The notes under the pieces were generated by a model. That model was not told the origin of the DNA. It saw only the letters and a list, made by a program, of their open reading frames with translations, and searched no databases. Below, one piece after another: positions 36,348 to 37,021 of a stretch of DNA of 37,021 bases. Source of the stretch: a virus; UHGV virus genome UHGV-0052423, one strand, 5' to 3'. The position numbers and the translations under genes are program-made. Numbering within the stretch: the first letter of the stretch is position 1; each line of letters opens with the position of its first letter.

Positions 36348-36785
36348 ATGAAGACAGTGAAAGTCTACATAGAGACAACCGTCACAGGACCATTTGTCCG
36401 GGATGGGAAATATGGTGCAGCTTTGGTGTTTACTAAGCAAAACGGAGAAGTGAAGGACTTGTTTGTACAGGGTGAAGAAACAGAGACAACACATAACCGC
36501 AGCGTACTATTAGCCATGATCCGGGCATTCCAGAGATTCACAGAGCCATGCCATATTATATTCTATACAAGAAATACATTTATCCGTGACATGGTTCAGG
36601 CAGACAATCCGGAAAAGTGGAGACGGGCAGAGTGGAGAAAGTCGGACGGAAAAGACATACAGAACAAGGAACTGTGGCAGTTGTTTCTGGAAGAGAGCAA
36701 AGAACACGAGATAGAGATCGTATACGAAGACAACAGTGAGTATAAAAGGACGCTTGAAGCGTACTTGCAAGGAGAAGAGGTATAA
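36348..36785 (+). CDS. RNase H-like fold protein (several catalytic residues substituted)
   Basis: By-eye alignment to RNase HI: 'IETTVTG' vs 'FTDGS', 'THNRSVLLAMIRAF' vs 'TNNRMELMAAIVAL', 'WRRAEWRKSDGKDIQNKELWQLF' vs '[23 protein letters not shown]'. Confidence 0.45.
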   Translation: MKTVKVYIETTVTGPFVRDGKYGAALVFTKQNGEVKDLFVQGEETETTHNRSVLLAMIRAFQRFTEPCHIIFYTRNTFIRDMVQADNPEKWRRAEWRKSDGKDIQNKELWQLFLEESKEHEIEIVYEDNSEYKRTLEAYLQGEEV

Positions 36786-36786
36786 A

Positions 36787-37021
36787 GATGTTTGAGAAGT
36801 TTGGAGAATTTGATTCTTACGGAGAAATCAATGAACTCGCAGAGAATTTGCTTAACGAGGGAGATACAGAATCACTGAAAGTCATGGCAAAGGAGAACGG
36901 AATCCAAAGCGATTTTGTGGATATGTATCTGCAGGGAGAGATTCCGGTGTTGTGCGATCAGCTGACAGCAGCACTGGGAAAGATTGACGTTGAGGCGGCA
37001 GAGCTGAAACCGAAAGAGATT
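36787..37021 (+). CDS. hypothetical protein, 3' end outside the window
   Basis: Open frame to the window end. Confidence 0.35.

Noticed and set aside
1-37021. Search for CRISPR arrays, tRNA/tmRNA genes, a reverse transcriptase/DGR template-variable repeat pair, or toxin-antitoxin pairs
   Set aside because: No regularly spaced direct repeats. No cloverleaf-compatible sequence spotted in intergenic regions (7890-8090, 30030-30270, 31880-32020, 34700-34820). No RT motifs. The fibre variability is explained by site-specific inversion instead.

Overview
The window is a near-complete temperate siphovirus-type (HK97-fold) phage or prophage of a low-GC Firmicutes/Clostridia-like host. All calls rest on by-eye recognition of ORF translations (codon usage and AGGAGG-type RBSs fit the host guess); no database search was possible. 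Layout: early/accessory genes on the + strand (1-7.9 kb; PcfJ-like zinc-ribbon protein, acidic protein, YopX, XRE HTH, ArpU-like late activator, HNH); a contiguous + strand late operon (8.1-30.0 kb) from packaging through head, tail, tail fibres and lysis; a large serine integrase on the - strand (30.3-31.8 kb); a lysogeny/early region (32.0-37.0 kb; cI-like repressor, divergent early genes, HUH Rep, RNase H-like protein). Two parts stand out. (1) Between 24.5 and 27.1 kb, four in-phase copies of a 13-bp site (ttaaatggcaaat, in alternating orientation) join a collagen-like tail-fibre gene to four alternative C-terminal tip cassettes, with a XerD/Rci-like tyrosine recombinase gene between them. 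This is a shufflon-type multiple-inversion system for tail-fibre (host-range) switching. (2) Directly downstream of the cI repressor on the same strand sit a voltage-gated-type K+ channel gene (TTVGYGD filter, S4 sensor) and a 2-TM basic protein, in the position lambda gives to rexA/rexB. This is a candidate channel-based exclusion or abortive-infection moron. Smaller observations: a -1 frameshift site in the tail chaperone, a consensus early promoter with palindromic operators, a candidate rolling-circle origin, a likely inactive RNase H-like protein, a duplicated fibre module, and an ambiguous att/permutation region.
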